Source of the DNA: Polymyxa betae A26-41
Taxonomy: Eukaryota > Protista > Endomyxa: Phytomyxea
Reading direction: 5' to 3'
Assembly: GCA_003693705.1 (NCBI GenBank)
Contig: RBZT01000336.1
Coordinates: 47,773 to 111,772, forward strand
DNA: 64,000 bases
The notes under the pieces are model-generated. The model worked only from the letters and a program-made list of their open reading frames with translations. It was not told where the DNA came from and made no database searches. Positions 13,201-26,663 of the stretch are shown here, piece after piece. Position 1 is the stretch's first letter. Every line of letters starts with the position of its first letter. The translations under genes and the position numbers were made by a program.

Positions 13201-16200
13201 TTTCGCAGAAGAGTAAGCAAATAGACGAAAGAGGGACCACGCAGCATAACGTATTTTCCATTTTGAACTGCTTATATGCGTTAGCATCGGTTTGAGAAAA
13301 CGAACAGCACCGATTTTGTGCAAATGCTCGATGTCGGCATGATGCAGCTTACAGTTCATCAAATTCATGATGAGCAATGCTTCGGAGGGGCCAGAAAAAG
13401 AGGTGATTAGCGTGGAGATGAGACCGTAATATGAACTCAACAGCTTATCCTGAAGAAATTTGCCAGCGCATTCGGTACCAGAGATTAGATGGGTAGCTGG
13501 ATCGGCGATGTCGACAGAGTAACTCGATATAGGGTCGTGGCGACGACAGAGCGATTGACCAAAAAAATGCACCATATCTCGACGGAGATCAGAACAATTG
13601 ATTGCCTTGAGAGCGCTGTGAAATCGTTCAATCGCAAAGCAACGAAGTACTGCACGCGAACGATGACGAATAACGGAGCGTATAAGAGCATCCACATCGA
13701 TGCTTTGATCTTCGATAAACTGTAAGACCAGCTTACAGATCTGAGAATCCGGATCTTTGACAGCAGGCCATGATAAGTTTTCGCTTTTATCAGGGCTGAC
13801 GGCACCGAACTGGTGGTCGTCCTTCAAAATGCGCATCGCTTTCAGGGCTCGTCGCATCGTGTTTCGAGATGACGAATTGCCTCGAAGCAGCACAGGGAAC
13901 AGATGCGACATCGAACCAGAACTTTGTCGAGTGAGACTCAACAACGAAATCGTCGGCTTTGAGACCGAGATTGATAGAAGGAAATGCGACTTCTTCAAGA
14001 TTTGGTCAAGAATCGCGTTCCTCTCATATCCCTTTGAGCAAAAATGTCATTTGATATTAAGCGTGCATACAGACGAGACATACTTGCCCAAACCTCGTAG
14101 CAAAGATGCCTTCCATCTCGTTCGATTTACGCCACAGTCGAAGAATGCAATCATCGGGACGGATTATAGGTGTTTCCATGGCATATCCGATTGCCTACAA
14201 CAGATGGGTGTAAGCGAATTTCTTCAAAACAAAATTGATGATTGCCTGATCGATCTTGGCTGTATGTTTCAGTAAAACAGCAAACACCACGCGAGTTGCC
14301 AATTCAGCCAGCGGTTTGATGCTTTTTGGTATGGGAAATGTGAAACTCGCGAATGTATTCAATTTCCTAATAAGAATCGCTCCGCGCCCTGTGTTGCTTT
14401 CAATCTGTTTAAGGAACTCCATTTCGTCTGGCTATTTGAGCGTGAGTACCAAAAAGTCATTATACGATCGTCTTACATCAGCAGAGTGATAGGGCGCAGC
14501 AGGACTCTGAACTGGAATATCAGCAACGGTGATGCTATCGACAAATTTTCTGGATGACGGATCCAAGCTTTCAAAACTGCCATTGATTAAACCGGCTTCT
14601 AGCCAATAACGACTCCCAGTCTAAGATTATCTCGTCAATGCACAGCAAATCCAAATTGTATACGAGTACCTCTTCTTCTGTGATGCCAAACCCGTCCAGG
14701 ACGGCACCAGCAAGATTCCCACAGAGGATGGCAGCATAACGTGCTAGTTCATGTAACCACGCGAATGGCGTGCACTTCGTTGTCGCCACAATCTGATAGG
14801 ATCCAGATTATTGTCCGAGTGCGAGTAAAACTGTGCAGAAAAGGACCTTGAGACCGTAACCCCAACTAGGAGGATTTGACGATCGTGCATGAATACAAAC
14901 TGTCAACGATGATGCCGCTGGCTTGATTGGTAGCTTCGGGCCGTGCCATCGCTCTTCGCAGAAATACCCGATTTTTTGCTTCGTGGACCCTTCTCCGAAA
15001 TAAACTTCAACGACATCGAGCTGATCGGTGGTCCGAGATCGTGAGTCGAACTTGATTTCAACTGAATTGCATCTGTTGACGGAGTTGGAATGCCATTTTA
15101 GACCTAGCAGCCTTCTTACTTTCCAATTCGAATTACTTGAATAGTAGATGAATTGCCTTGATAGGGATGGGTGCTCTCAACAATCTGCGTCTTTACCGTT
15201 TTTCTTGGCATGGACGAAGCCAAAACTGCACTTCGCAATGACGAAATCGCTCTTAAAAAATCTGTTAATGCATCTGATATATACAAAGAGAAAGAGGCTC
15301 GCATCGACAGAGGCAACGTTAAGAGAAAAACCAGAAGCGGGTGGATCATTCTTAAGAAAAGCCGATCGCACATGAACAGATCGATTTCCGCAAGAACAGA
15401 GATTGGGAGTGAATGAGCTTTCTTCAGCTATAGGATCGAATTAGAATGAAGAAACCGCAAAACAGCCAACGAACCGTTGTGATCGCACCATCGATCCATA
15501 ATTTGAAATAATCCACTAATTTGGAAATCAACATTGAAGCGTTAAACGAGTGAAGGTCGTAACGGGTTCGGTCTGGCTCCAGGAGGTCTAGAATTCTTGA
15601 TAGAAAACAGGGTTGAAGAACGTTTAATGCAAGCGATATGAATTGACTTTCTACTTTCGGCTCCGTTCCATTGATGATTTGTTCGAGCGCAACGTCGAAC
15701 CGAGTTAGATACTTTCGCGCCATTGTGGATAGCAGAACGAGCCCGTTTGCGTCGTTCTCGAGGTCAGAGATGGTGTTTATATGAAGCATGACATCTCTGG
15801 CGTATCCAACGGACGCCAATCGTGCATAAACTAGTTGAATCAGATGCTTTTCAGCAGGGTTCGATTCTGATCGTGGATCATCCTGCGTTTTCAGCATTTG
15901 AAGTATGTAGTCGAGCTGGTCCGGAATAGAAGGGAACAGTAGCTCGAGACCTAAAGCCATGGTACGAGAAGCTTCAAGCTGAACCTCACTGAATATGTTC
16001 ACTTCCTGGGATTTTTCTTTGATCTCAGAGAAGATGAGATTGGCCAGAATGGAGCGGATCGCGTCGGAATCGGAGCTGTTAATAGCAGTCTTGATGCGAA
16101 CTGAGGCAGACATCTGAAATATGTGGGTTCTCAATATCTTCACCGAGCATAACAGGATTTGACCATAACGAAGGTCTTGAGAGGTAAGAAACCGTTCGTA

Positions 16201-17400
16201 CGCCAGTTTGATAAAAGTCGCAAACAAAGACAGGGTTTCGGATGGAACTTCATCGGCAAATTTACGAAAGTAATTTGACGATGTAGATGGGCGGGTCTCA
16301 ATGACAATAGAAAATGGGTCGATAGAGGGAAACGAATCACATAGACATTTCTGAAACTCCAATAGTAGTATGAGGGCAATATCTTCAAAGCAACCTGCCC
16401 CGTGAGAGCTTGCTGGCTTTGAAGGCAAACAATCAGGAGAATGAATCAACCCATTCTCGCCAGGACCAGAAGAGCGATCTAATGACATTCTCGATAGAAA
16501 TTGTGTAGGAGATCCTGGATCACGGTTGCAGCCCAGCGATACATGAAGATCCACGACCATGTTCAGGAACTCTTCGCCTAAACAGAGCGGAGCTCGACCC
16601 GATAACAGCAGGAGCGATTCCAACGAGCTCAGAATCCACCGAATCGATCCCGACATAACAGACAGCTTCACGAGTATGAAGGCAGCGAGTTCCTGTTCGT
16701 CAATGTTTCCTGGTTTAGAACCACATCGAATGATTCGATCGAAAAATGTGAACAACGGCTCGATCCATTTCGACCCTTGAACATTCTGCAAGTCCTCTAT
16801 CAAATCTCTGGAATTTGTTCCACGAAGCAAATCACTAATCATCAGAAGAACATCTTTAAGGATAACGGGCTCGTTTTTTTGAATCGATTCAACCAAAAGA
16901 AGCAGAACTGAAATCGCATACTTGATTCCAAGACCGGGAGGGCTCCCAGAACCTGCCAGAGCTGTTTCAGGATGTTCTCCTCTGCCCTCGCTATTAGCTG
17001 GCGCATTTGTGCTATCACAGAAAGAATCTGCTAGCCTGAACTGACTAACGAAGACTTGGTGAATCTGGCTGCTGATCTGCATGCAGTATAGAAGTCGTTT
17101 GGAGAACTTGTCGTTCGGGTTTATCAAGACGAGATTGGCGATATCCGTTCTCAGCTGTTTCATCACGCCTTCCGATCGATCAACAGCAGCGAATGGTGTG
17201 AAAGCATCAGCAAGCCTTTCACATTTAACCGAGAATCCAGATTTCTTCCCCGGCGGGCTCGAGCTCTTTCCAGCATGTAATGAGAGATCCCCGATGACAG
17301 CCGGCCACCCATGCAGGGCTAGTCGCTGGACCAGCTCCCGGTCGTAATCATGATCAGGAAGCTCGGAATTCAGCGACGGCCGCGGCTGGCCATCAACCAT
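4299..17400 (-). CDS. giant HERC-like HECT E3 ubiquitin ligase (ESTHPY CUB-like, 2x RanBP2 zinc finger, SPRY-like, RCC1 repeats, LamG-like, UBA-like, HECT), many exons
   Basis: C-terminus FLKFVWGRSRLP..LPISHTCFFSIELPRY..LLYAITHCISIDAD (HERC1/2-type). RCC1 repeats (FGKGDNGRLGLG, GDDGRLGHG, GGQDHTIVVT). Zinc fingers WSCKACTFLN..CLAC and WPCHRCTFLN..CAIC. The start codon is approximate. Confidence 0.88.
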
Positions 17401-17562
17401 GGAAAGTCGGATTGACGCCGGCACTCACGACCCCCGTAAGCTGGGCGATATTATCGAGAGCGAAATAATTTAGGAATGAAACCAAAAGCCACACTCGTAG
17501 ATGGCAGACTGCAGCCTGCTGCAAGAGTACAGCTGCAGCCCGCCCATCCATCTGCAACGTAA

Positions 17563-17590
17563 AAACCCAAACCCTAAACCCTAAAACCCT
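17563..17590 (+). promoter_or_regulatory. short telomere-like (AAACCCT)n tract (telo-box-like) in the bidirectional promoter between the HECT gene and eIF3L
   Basis: Sequence aaaccc aaaccct aaaccct aaaaccct. Confidence 0.55.
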
Positions 17591-17816
17591 TGCCCATGAA
17601 AACTTACAGCATCAGCCTTGCTTCGTGACGATTCGATCGCTGGCCTAATTCTTAAACACCACAAGAAGTGAATAAATCTATCAGCCTGAAAGCGTGATCT
17701 TTTTAAGCCCAGTTCGAAAGCCAAGATTCGGAGTCCGTGACGGAGTTGCTCCCAACTTCGATAGCGCTCTCGAATCACGCCCCAGCTGGGTATCGCTTCT
17801 GGGGAGCCCGCCGCCA

Positions 17817-19439
17817 ATGTTCAGCCATCAGGATGAATGGGCCGTACCCGAGCCGGTCCGCACGTTCGTCAACGCCCTGTATCGGGCCGTGTCGGACTCC
17901 AGCCTGATCGCCATCGCTGATCTCTATGCGATTCAGTACTTCAAGGTCACCGAGCGCTTCTTCAAGGCGTCGCCGTGGCCCGCCGCCGAACTCGTCGCCG
18001 ATCTCGTCAACCATGACGAACTGTTCCTGATCCTCTACAAGGAGCTGCATTACCGCCATCTGTGCGACAATCGGGACTGTACGCCCAGCGTCCAGGACCG
18101 TATCGATGCGTTCAATAATTTTTTGGCGCTGTTCAATATGCTGCTGGACCAATCCGAATCGAATCCGAAACTGCAGCTGCCCAGTCTCTGGCTTTGGGAT
18201 ATCGTCCACGAATTCGTCCTGCAGAAGTTCGCGTTTGATGAGCTGGTCAGCGGCGTCGATCGTGGCGAGCTGCAGGAGCTGAATGACGAGCCGGGCGCTT
18301 GGTCTCTACCAACCGTCCTTCAGTATTTACACGCTCTGGTTGAGAAAGGTATTTTTTTATTTTTTATTGAAAAAATTTCTTTTAAAATTATGATTCAGGC
18401 CGAGTCCCCTTGAAGCTGAACCCAGAGGTGACGGCCGCCGATTCCGGCGACAAAGGCGTCGGTATCTCGGGCTCCTTCCGATCGCTGTCGTACTATTCGC
18501 TGATCTCGCTGGCCCTGGTCCACTGCAGGATCGGCGATTACCAGGCCGCCTTGGAGACGCTGGAGCCCATCGACCAGCGCAAACGATCGCACATCGCCAA
18601 GATCTACACCTGTTATTCGACCTTGTAAGAGGTCGTGATGATTTCGGGATCGTTCGCTGAAGATCTCGCAGGCAGTTCGTGTCCGGATTCTCGTCGTTGA
18701 TGCTGCATAAGTTCATGGATGCGATCCGGATCCTGTCGGGGCTGTTCTCGTACGCGGTCAACTCGAAGTCGCTGGCGACCCATCGCGCCCATGAGATCTC
18801 GCAGGGATTCATCCAGCAGACGCCTCTGCATGAGCAGGCGCTGGCTCTCATTACCATCGTCGTTGCTGTCTGCCCAAATGCTCGCATCGATGATTCTGTC
18901 ATGTCTGCCATCAAGGTGTTTTAAAACTTTTTTGATTTTTTTCATTTTGTTTCTGTCAGTTTTGTTTTTCTTCTTCCTCAACTGAATGCTGTTTGTAGGA
19001 GGAATATGGCGATGAGCTTGCTGAGATGGAAAACGGCGCGCCAGAAGTCGTTCGTCGATTATTCGAGTTCGGCATGCCGCCCTTGTTCTCCGAATCGGGA
19101 GCTCAGAACGACCTGAGAACTTTTCGAACGTCGTTGTTTCTGAAGGAGGTCGCCCTGCGCCAGAGCGCCGCCGGCCTCGACGCCTTCCTGAAGCTGTACG
19201 CCACGATTCCGATCTCGAAGCTGGCCACGAGCTTGAACCTGCAGCGAAGCGAGCTGATTCAGCAACTGATGGCTCACAAGGCTTTGGGACCTGATTCCGG
19301 CTCCGACCTCCAGTTCGTCATTCAAGACGATATCGTTCGCGTCACCTATTCGAAACCGCCGCGACGACATTTGGACTTTTTCACGCGAAACATCCAGAAA
19401 TTGAACGAAATGGCCCGCGAGGTCGAACGAATTAGCTAA
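17817..19439 (+). CDS. EIF3L: eukaryotic translation initiation factor 3 subunit L
   Basis: FFKASPWP..FLILYKELHYRHL, LPSLWLWDIVHEF, YYSLISLALVHCRIGDYQAAL, FLKLYATIPISKLA. Three introns. Confidence 0.93.
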
Positions 19440-19653
19440 ATGCAAACTGCAGATTCCAATACAATACAGGAAATCAAATGTTATAGATTAGGACGATATC
19501 AAAAGCGTTTAGCATATTATGGCTTAGATAAACTTTCGGTTTTTGATGCCAATTTGAGTAGAAAAAACATCAGAAATCTCCACAATCGCTTAAACTTGTT
19601 TGATGAAAATCGCAAAAAAAATCCCGATTTCGCCGTGATTGTAAAGCTGGCGA

Positions 19654-20171
19654 ATGGCGAAACAGAAAGCCCAAACTCGAAACCAGGACGCCTGGCAGCG
19701 GATCGCCTATCTGAACCAGATCTCGCAGGCGGTGCTATTAGCCGACCCGAATGGTGGCAGCGAGAATCTCGCCCGATATTACTCATCGGTTCTGAAACGG
19801 GTCTGCTCTCGCCTGGTCCTACGCCTGTTCGTCCCATTATCCAACTGCTTTTCTCGCTGGAAAACAATTGACTTGAGCTGTTAGGTCTCCTGATGCGAAA
19901 AGGAGTATCTGTAAAGGGTGTAATGGCGTGTTGATTCCTGGCGTGTCTTCTACCGCTCGCGTTTCGAAAAGTTCGTCGTTTGCTCTCGACGGAATCTTGC
20001 TGACTTCGCATTTTAGAAGATGGCCAAACCATGCTGGTGCTGCGATGCTGTTCGTGTCGATTCAGAAGACGTTATCCTGTTGACAAAAGAGCATCCGCTG
20101 ATAAACAATCACCTCCTGAATCAAATCAGGTTGAAAATCTCAACGAGTTTCGTCCATTGGAAGAATCTTAA
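19654..20171 (+). CDS. RPP21: RNase P subunit RPP21/Rpr2 family
   Basis: QRIAYLNQ..LARYY..LVLRL / KRSICKGC..LIPG / LRCCSC zinc ribbon. Confidence 0.85.
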
Positions 20172-20430
20172 TAAAAAAACTCATAATTTATTCCATTAAA
20201 ACTGCAATAAGACTGTTCTTTTTAGGTATTTTGATGAAAATGAGAGCGACAACTACGAAAAACTTTTTAAAATTTGCTCAAGTTGAGTCGTACATATGCC
20301 AGCTGTTGAATCACCATGAAGTTGAAGGCCGACTCCATCAACATAATTTTCGTATCAGTGTAATTTTGCCAATTAATTCTTGCCCGTATTTAATCGGCTG
20401 AACGCGATCGCTCTGCAGCAGCTTACCATT

Positions 20431-21577
20431 ATGAGATCCGATGCTTTTGAAGACCGATACACGCTGGATAAAGCAATCGGGCATCCAGGATCATATGGTA
20501 AAGTCCATGCTGCTGTTTGCAAGCGATCGGGCCGTTCGCTGGCCGTTAAGATTATGAAGAAGCCGCTGCGTCAGACAACGAGACACGAGAAGATTCGCGC
20601 CTTGATGATCCAATCAGAGGCGGCAATCATGCGCTCGATCCGCCATCCCCACATCGTCGAAGTCGTGGACGTGATTGAGACGCCGAGCCGGTTCTATTTC
20701 GTCATGGAGGAATGCCGCGGCGGCGATCTGTTCGACCGCATCATGGACTATAACGGAAAGGTTCCGGAAGCGTCGGCAGCCGCCATCTTTCGAAATCTGC
20801 TGAATGCTGTTCAATATATTCACTATCTGCGGTGAGAGGGTTGCGCCTTGTATTTTCAATCTTTCAAAACATTCAGAATTTTATTGACTGGGCCGCGCCA
20901 TATGCGCTTTTTTTTATAACTTTTTTATATTTTGTTGAATTTTGTTGCAGGATCGTCCATGGCGACCTGAAGCTCAGCAACATCATGTTCGATAATTCTT
21001 CGGACGACAGCCTTCGTGTGATCGACTTTGGTTTGTCGCAATATCGGCTGGATGGAATGCCGCCGCTCACCGAGATGGTGAGTGGTGCCATTTTTGTCGA
21101 TTGCAATTCTGATCGGTTGCAGGTCGGAACGCCGAACTACCAAGCGCCCGATGTGATCTGCGGCTCGTATTCGTTCGAAGCCGATATATGGTCGCTGGGT
21201 GTCATCCTGTTCGTGATGGTGTTTGGATTTAATCCGTTCGGTAAGCATTCTCCGATCTCGAAATCGCTGTTCTCAGGCTTGGTTTAGATCCATTTGGTTC
21301 GACCGACGATTCCGATGTCATTCACCGACGAGTGATGTCTGGTTTCGCTTCCATCACAAAGTCAGGCTATGGCGCCTTCTTTCCGGCTGATATCCCTGCT
21401 TCGACCGAAGTCAAAGACCTGATTTCCAAGATGCTGCAGCCCAACCCGCGCCTTCGTATCACGATCCAGGACGTACTTGTACACCCATGGATGCAGAAAA
21501 AAACGGTCTCGGTCGGCAAGTTGGTCGTCCCGAAATCGGCGATCGACGAGTCAAACTCAGTGTCGCCCTGCGCTTAA
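20431..21577 (+). CDS. CaMK-group Ser/Thr protein kinase
   Basis: GHPGSYGKV, AVK, HGDLKLSN, DFG, GTPNYQAPD, DIWSLGV. Three introns. An extra upstream exon is possible. Confidence 0.9.
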
Positions 21578-21741
21578 TGTATAAATAAGATACTATAAGA
21601 TACTATCATAGAGAACTGTCCTGCTTAAACTATTCATGAATTTAATGAGTTTTTAAGCATGTCTAGGTTAGTGTTGAAGCGAATAATTAGCTTCATTTTC
21701 GGCTTTTACGACCAGTTGTCGGTTGGCGACAGTTTTTTTAG

Positions 21742-22509
21742 CTAGAATGAAGGCCGCCGTTGCATCGGAGAACATGAACATATCGTTCCTGATTTAAGTC
21801 CATCGTCGAACGTTGGGTTAATGATTTCAGTGTGATCGGCACCCAGCAATGACAGAGCCATCATCCGATCGCGATCGAGATTGTCGCTATCAATGCCTAA
21901 TGTTCGGAAAGGCTTATCCAGCTTCAGGCTGAGATCGTCGACGCCTAATAACTGCCGCGCTTTCTTTGTCGCGTTAGTGCCGCTTTTCACCGAATCGATC
22001 TTATTGAAGATATCGAAAACTATTCAGAGCAATCAGAGAGGGATGCGTTGCAAAAAAAAACTATAAAAACGTCAAAATTGCACTTCTTTACCCTCCAAAC
22101 TTTTCTGATAATCGTCTTCGGTGACTCCCATCATTCTTAAGCATTTAGCCCTCTCAATGGCGGTCATATCGACTCCTAATAATTTGATTGCCTTGTTATT
22201 ATCGGCAATTGAATCCGTCCAATTCTGTTGTTTCTCAGAAAATCGCCAAATTGACCCATCTGATTCAGATCGGTTGAAGCTATACCGATGGACGAGTACG
22301 CTCGATTCCGCAGGCAAGTCGTCCGTTTTCGAGAGCGATCCGCTACTGCCTGATGATACTTTTCTGCTTTCGATGGTCGCATTACTATTGCTCCGTCGAT
22401 TGATTAGATGTTGTCTTCGGCTGGTGCCAGGCGGCGGAAGTATGAATGTTTCTGATGGAGAGACCTTATAATGATCGGGTAATTTTTCCATAGATTCATC
22501 GTCCGTCAT
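21742..22509 (-). CDS. hypothetical protein with repeated Kxxx(L/M)LG(V/I)D-like motifs
   Basis: ORFs 22072-22536 and 21742-21990 are joined by an intron at about 22021-22091. Confidence 0.6.
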
Positions 22510-22724
22510 CGGTACATCACCAACGACGACGGACACTGGTCGAAAATATTACGACGCTATCGGATCGGTATCTGCAAGTGTACCGCTCTGTTAAAGAAAA
22601 TCTTGGCAGAAGTAATAAGATCTCGCGATTTTTGTGACTGTACATATCCAAAGTAGATTTCATTGACGCTTGGCCGCTCAGATAGGCAATAAATATTATT
22701 AGATAAATCATAGACAAAAGACAA

Positions 22725-25703
22725 TTATCTACCGTTATTAGGTATTTCGATAACAATCTTTTCCTGAGGACTGCCATGAGCTGGGGATATCTGGACCCTC
22801 AACTGATCCTTATTATCCGCAGCTTCTGTCAAATCCGTTTGTTTTTGTTGCTTATCAAGATGCAGGTCTTTAAGCGCCCTAATTGGTTGTCGCCAGTAAT
22901 GGAATTCGCTAAAAGATGAATGTGCTCGGGATGCTCGCTTATTGAACGGGGGAAACATGTGCTCAACTTGGTCGTTCAGAATGGAATATGACGTCCGATG
23001 AACGCTTTTCATTCTGTGAATGCTGCCTTTCGGGTCGATAATGAAAATCATGGAGAGCGGTATCCCAACAGCAATGTACGATTCGATATCGGTATCGCGA
23101 TTTCCAAATCCTGCAACAAAAGGACAGACTCCTTCCGGAAACAGATTTCCAACATCGCGAAGCGCGGGGATCTTAAATTCCTGTGGCCGGCGATAAATCA
23201 CTTCACGTTTAAATGAGGAAATAAGAGAATCGGGAGACATTATGACAGGCCCCTGAAGCGAAATTTAGCTCAATCGAAGAGCAAATACATTGCAGAGTTT
23301 TACCTGGGGCAAAGATATGGCGCCCTGCTTAATTGAGCTCAAGTACGTCCTCGTCACGTTTGCCTGGCCTATCGCACGAGACGTTAGATACAACATATTG
23401 TAGCCATTTGCCGCGATATTGCTAAAGAATGAAGTGACGCCAACTTGGCTCCAGTCCTTGCCCATCAATGGCATTATATTACCGAGTAAATCAGACCTAA
23501 GGCAATTGAATATCGAATCTAAAGAGAGATGATGAAAAAATAAACCTTGTAATTGTTCCATCGACATCGGAGATGACAATTTTAGCCGACTCCGGCCAAA
23601 GGTAAATGAACCCTTCAACCACTTGCATTCCTTGTAAAGCTGACTCGACACAAAACGATATCACATTCTTCCCGAAATTAAGGTTCAACAATCTCAGCAT
23701 ATCAGATGTTGGCCGTAAGGTTTTGTGAGATGTACTTTTTGGCGAAGGGATATTTACTGGCCTGATTTCTGGAGAGTCTGAATTGACTGTTGATGAAGCG
23801 TCAAGAAAAACTTGACTGGATTCCTGACCAGGATCATTAGAAACGCCCACCCGGTTTTTACTCTGTGCTAGGGATGTTGCTTTCACTGTTCCAGAACCAT
23901 CCTGGCCAAACCATCGATATAAAAACGATGATTTGGCAGCATCTGAAGAAGCTGCGGCAGAACACTGTGAATCGCTCAAGCAGATCTGCGTGGTGATATG
24001 AAATTTTGACAATGCCTCCGGCGTTAACGGACGTCCGAACGCCAAATACGACACGATAAGAGGAAGAGCGACTTTTCCAGGATAGAACAAATCCTGATAT
24101 CGAACCATCAAATTAGAATCGTAAATGATGGAAGGATCCGAGCAAAGACGCTCGAACGTAATAATGTTCTCCCTGGAAAGAAGCATTAGAAGTGTTGGTA
24201 GAAACTCAGTAAGGGAAATACCGAAATCGCATTAGTTTCGTGGCATTATCATCAAAACTATTGAGAAGATGTGCACAAAGCGATAGCTCAACTGAGTGGG
24301 AAACAGGAATCGCGACGCTACTTGGAGTGACTATCTGGATGCCATTCGGTGTAGAAGACGGTTCGAGATCGGCTGACTCTACAAAATCTTCCTTCTCAGT
24401 TAGCGAGGAAGAAGGACTTTGAATGTTTCGAGGCTGGATTTGAATACGAACATGACCGCGCCTGGTTACGAACAGTCGAACGTCTACAAACGGGGGCTCT
24501 GATGCTATCAGCGTGTTTGCATCCGACTTTCCTCGAAATATCCCAATAATGGATGACACCTAAGAAACATTTTGTCAATAATGTAACAACAAAAACAAAG
24601 TTTAAAAAAAAATTGAAATGAGAATTACCCAAGAAAGTGAACGACCAGTATGCTCGGGTGCTGTGATTGTAGCAAGAACCGACGATGAGCTCGAAGTGAT
24701 AGGGGACTCCATATAAACAGGATCAAGCAGATCATCATCATAGCGATCAGATGAAGAGGTTGCCAGTTGCCTAACTGGAAGAGATCCCCAGCCCCAACTC
24801 CATACAGACCACAATTTGTCTGCAGAGCGTCGTGCAGGCTTCTTGTTGACTTCTGTTGTTGAGCCAAGGTCCAAAGGCGGGGGACTGCCCAGCAAATCAT
24901 TTTCCGTTGAGCCCCTGAATACCGATAAAGGGATATCTCCTAAATCGTCGTGTGTTGAGTTTTCAGGGCCAGATGATAACAACGCATTTTGGCTTTGATC
25001 AATTGGAACCAGTGGAAAATCGCGATCATTCTCAGGATTTAGAACAAAAGTCTCGGGATCGGCACGTTGCAACAATGAATCCGCAAAAGAGTTCTCAACA
25101 GACGTGATGAGTTCTTCAATAATGTCTCGAACGATTATTTCATCGTTATAAGCAGAATATTTTTCTGGAGATGCAACTGGAGAGTGAATTGGAGAATGCA
25201 TCGGTGAGGCTGACCATTCGCCATCCGTATCTGTTTCAAACTGCTCGTAAAAATACGCCTCACCTACAGATGGACAAGGCTCAGATCAGAAACATTCCAA
25301 TCGAGTCATAAAAAACATTGGCAAGTTAAAAAAAATCGTTTTAAAATCAGCTTGAGTAAAGCGAAACAGTCACAAAAGCATAGAATCCATTGAAAATTAT
25401 TCAGTATCTGACCAGCTCGTCCGAGTTTCATAGTCAATGGAGTCTTCTCGCCATTAACATAAATAGTGACGAGCTTCTCTCGACTTCTTAACAGTTGCAA
25501 CTTTCCAAAACGAACATGAAATGGTGTGGAGTGTCTGGATCCATCATCGTGTTCAACAATGATTATATCAATACAGCCAGAAAGCGTTGCCTGGATACAG
25601 CAGTAAGACTACGATGCGCTTCATCAACATCTTAAACCCATACCTGGTTGATATCCAGAGCATCCGATAGTGTTCCGACGAATCCTTTGATCAGTGACGT
25701 CAT
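22725..25703 (-). CDS. PAH1: lipin / Pah1 phosphatidate phosphatase
   Basis: N-LIP domain [26 protein letters not shown]; catalytic ISDVDGTIT; YLTSRAIGQ; AGFGNRDTD. Confidence 0.93.
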
Positions 25704-26663
25704 CTACAAACATTCGTGCATCTGGAGTGCAAGGCATAAAGAAGTGAATTGCAGATACTACCAGCAGGGTATGTTAATAGAGGGGACTTATAAAGTGAAG
25801 TGCGACACCTATTCATAATAGGCAGGTCAGCTACTGTATATAAGCGCACCTCATCTCATGTGTGTCATTTCCATACTTCGAATGCCTAGAACTGACCCCG
25901 TGTTCGTCTCTGTGACCGCTACTTCGCGATAGACTTAGTCGTTTCTGCCTTCTGGCTACAATGAAAAACGTTCTAGGACATACAATCCAGACTGGAAAAA
26001 ACGGCTTTTGGTGCTTTCACACAAATTTTCTGCATACTTTTGGTTGCATGTTTTCGCCTCAATACCTGTAGTTTCTTCTGTCCCAATTTTTTTGCATTTG
26101 TCATTGGCAAGCTGAGTGTGTAGAGTTTTAGTCATCCTTTTACGAATGGCAGTTGATGCGTAGGTTGCAGATTGAGCATATGAAGCTCTGCCCATTGAGC
26201 TTAGTCACAACAAATTGGTTTATTAACAGAAGCTTCAGTCTTTTCATGCAGCAATAGGTTAAATTTGGCAATAAATTTATTTGCAATTGTAGAACCTTCT
26301 CATAGACCGATTATCATCTGTGTGCTGAAATACCTGTCATCGCTATGTTTCCAAGCTAAGATGCTCCTGTAATTCCACCAGGAAGCGCTCCACACATATC
26401 AACAGATTTAGACGAGGGTTCCCGAAAGGGATTGAACCGTAAGGCGTATGTATGCCCTATGTGCCTAACAGCCATAGGAATTAGGAACTGCGGTGCAGAC
26501 TCTAGCCATAAGGCATTTCCAGTCTAAGTTGGCTTCACTGCTACACCAATTGGCAATATAATTACAGAAGAGATTGACAATTTTGGCTTTGCTGGAGGCC
26601 CCATCAATATCAGTATTAAGAAAGCAATTTCGTTTCAACATTTGTTAATCGTCTGCCCAAAGC

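Noticed and set aside
17563-17590. Chromosome end or true telomere
   Set aside because: Only about four imperfect units, internal, and flanked by genes on both sides.
17775-19445. Long antisense ORFs over eIF3L (and similar ones over CE4, HECT and Kv genes)
   Set aside because: Shadow ORFs caused by GC-rich codon usage of the real gene on the other strand.
25710-26660. Gene or element in the long lipin/NIPA intergenic region
   Set aside because: No coherent spliceable ORF, TIRs or RNA structure that I could support.
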